A stretch of 64,000 bases of DNA from Octopus sinensis (lineage: Eukaryota). Position 1 is the stretch's first letter. Every line of letters starts with the position of its first letter. Under the pieces are notes generated by a model that saw nothing but the letters and a program-made list of their open reading frames with translations, had not been told where the DNA came from and made no database searches. A program made the translations under genes and the position numbers. Of the stretch, positions 63,130-64,000 are shown piece after piece. The stretch covers positions 137,950,001-138,014,000 of the forward strand of contig NC_042999.1 in assembly GCF_006345805.1 (NCBI RefSeq). The letters run 5' to 3'.

Positions 63130-64000
63130 AATCTAGTTTCAGCTCACTAGCTGTGGCCATGCTGGGGCACCGCCATTTGGTGTTGCTACATGATTTTACT
63201 TCACGAATGCTTTTTAGCAATTGCCATTTGGTGCATGAGAGATTTCGATGCAGCTGCCCTTATCTGCACCTCCTGCTGTGAAGTTGGTTCACCTGGGATA
63301 CCTGACAAGAAGAGATCCAGTTTCATTTTAAAGACATCTGCATCCACCCCATGCAGGTCTCTTAGGTTCTTCGGGAGGATATTGAAGAGCTGTGGGCCTC
63401 GGAAGCCCAGGCTATCACAGTATCTTGTCCTACATCTTGATGGCAAATTTGGAGTCCTTGGCACTATGCAGTGGCACCCAGTTCTGGCATTTGTGTAACT
63501 CTCGATGCCAAAGTTTGGGACAAGTCCTTCTAGAATCTTCCAGATGCATATTATGGCATATCTTTCTCGCCTACGCTCTAAGGAATAGAGTCTCAATCTC
63601 TTGAGTCTTTCCCAATAGCTTATATGCTGCACAGAGGCTGTCTTCGTGTAGCTTCGTTGGATCGCCTCAAGTTCTGTGATTAACTTGACACTGGATGAGA
63701 GCAATAGTCAAAGTGGCTTAGGACAAGTGCCCTCCAGAGGACCATCATGGTTTCCTGGTCTCTTGTTCTGAAGGTTCAGCCGCCTACATTTCATTGCCAA
63801 TTTAGCAACATGCACATGAAAGGTTGCATCATCACTCATGTAAATACCCAGGTCTCGCACTGATTGTGCCTCTGGGATTGCTCCTCATCTGGCTTCCAGC
63901 TGAACTCCTCTTTCTTGCTCCAAGACCAACAAGAGGCTCTTTCAGCTGCTTTTCCATCCGGTGCACAGCCAACCTTCACTTCTTTCCTCGCATTGCAATG
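63130..64000 (-). mobile_element. CR1/L2-group LINE 3' portion (runs off window end)
   Basis: DLGIYMSDDATFHVHVAK (63840 region); LEAIQRSYTK..ISYWERLKRLRLYSLERRRERYAII..WKILEGLVPN...FKMKLDLFL; 3' UTR to ~63130. Confidence 0.88.

Noticed and set aside
62587-63704. 137-aa and 167-aa ORFs as host genes
   Set aside because: Both are LINE ORF2 C-termini (YSLxRRRERY motif) from 5'-truncated or disrupted copies.

Overview
This is AT-rich, repeat-dense animal DNA. The SINE tails, RTE LINE family and microsatellite spectrum match what I recall for Octopus (coleoid cephalopod); no search was run. Two host genes can be built by hand from splice sites and protein motifs, and they are convergent. (1) The last three coding exons of a POC1 centriolar protein gene lie on + (1406-1453, 4519-4617, 5698-5907). 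(2) A complete six-exon cyclin-Q (CCNQ/FAM58) gene lies on - (23625 to 12544; 693 nt, 230 aa). I found no other host coding gene. The rest is layered transposon debris: two TIR-complete mariners, Tigger relics and MITEs, a Buster/SPIN-type hAT, a piggyBac-type MITE, Helitron-like pieces, RTE, CR1/L2-group, L1/Tx1 and R4/Dong-like LINEs, Penelope-like elements, and several tRNA-derived SINE families. Most long ORFs in the track are microsatellite or TE artefacts. The most interesting signals are: several distinct minimal hammerhead-ribozyme-like motifs in Penelope-type or non-autonomous repeats next to (TA)n tracts, including a 298-bp-arm palindrome around a GIY-YIG C-terminus; a 168-aa ORF that reads from the CCNQ start codon through its first splice donor; two isolated pre-miRNA-like hairpins; and a LINE whose 3' tail is shared with an abundant SINE family. 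All identifications rest on recalled motifs and manual reading, and TE boundaries are approximate unless TIRs or TSDs are quoted.
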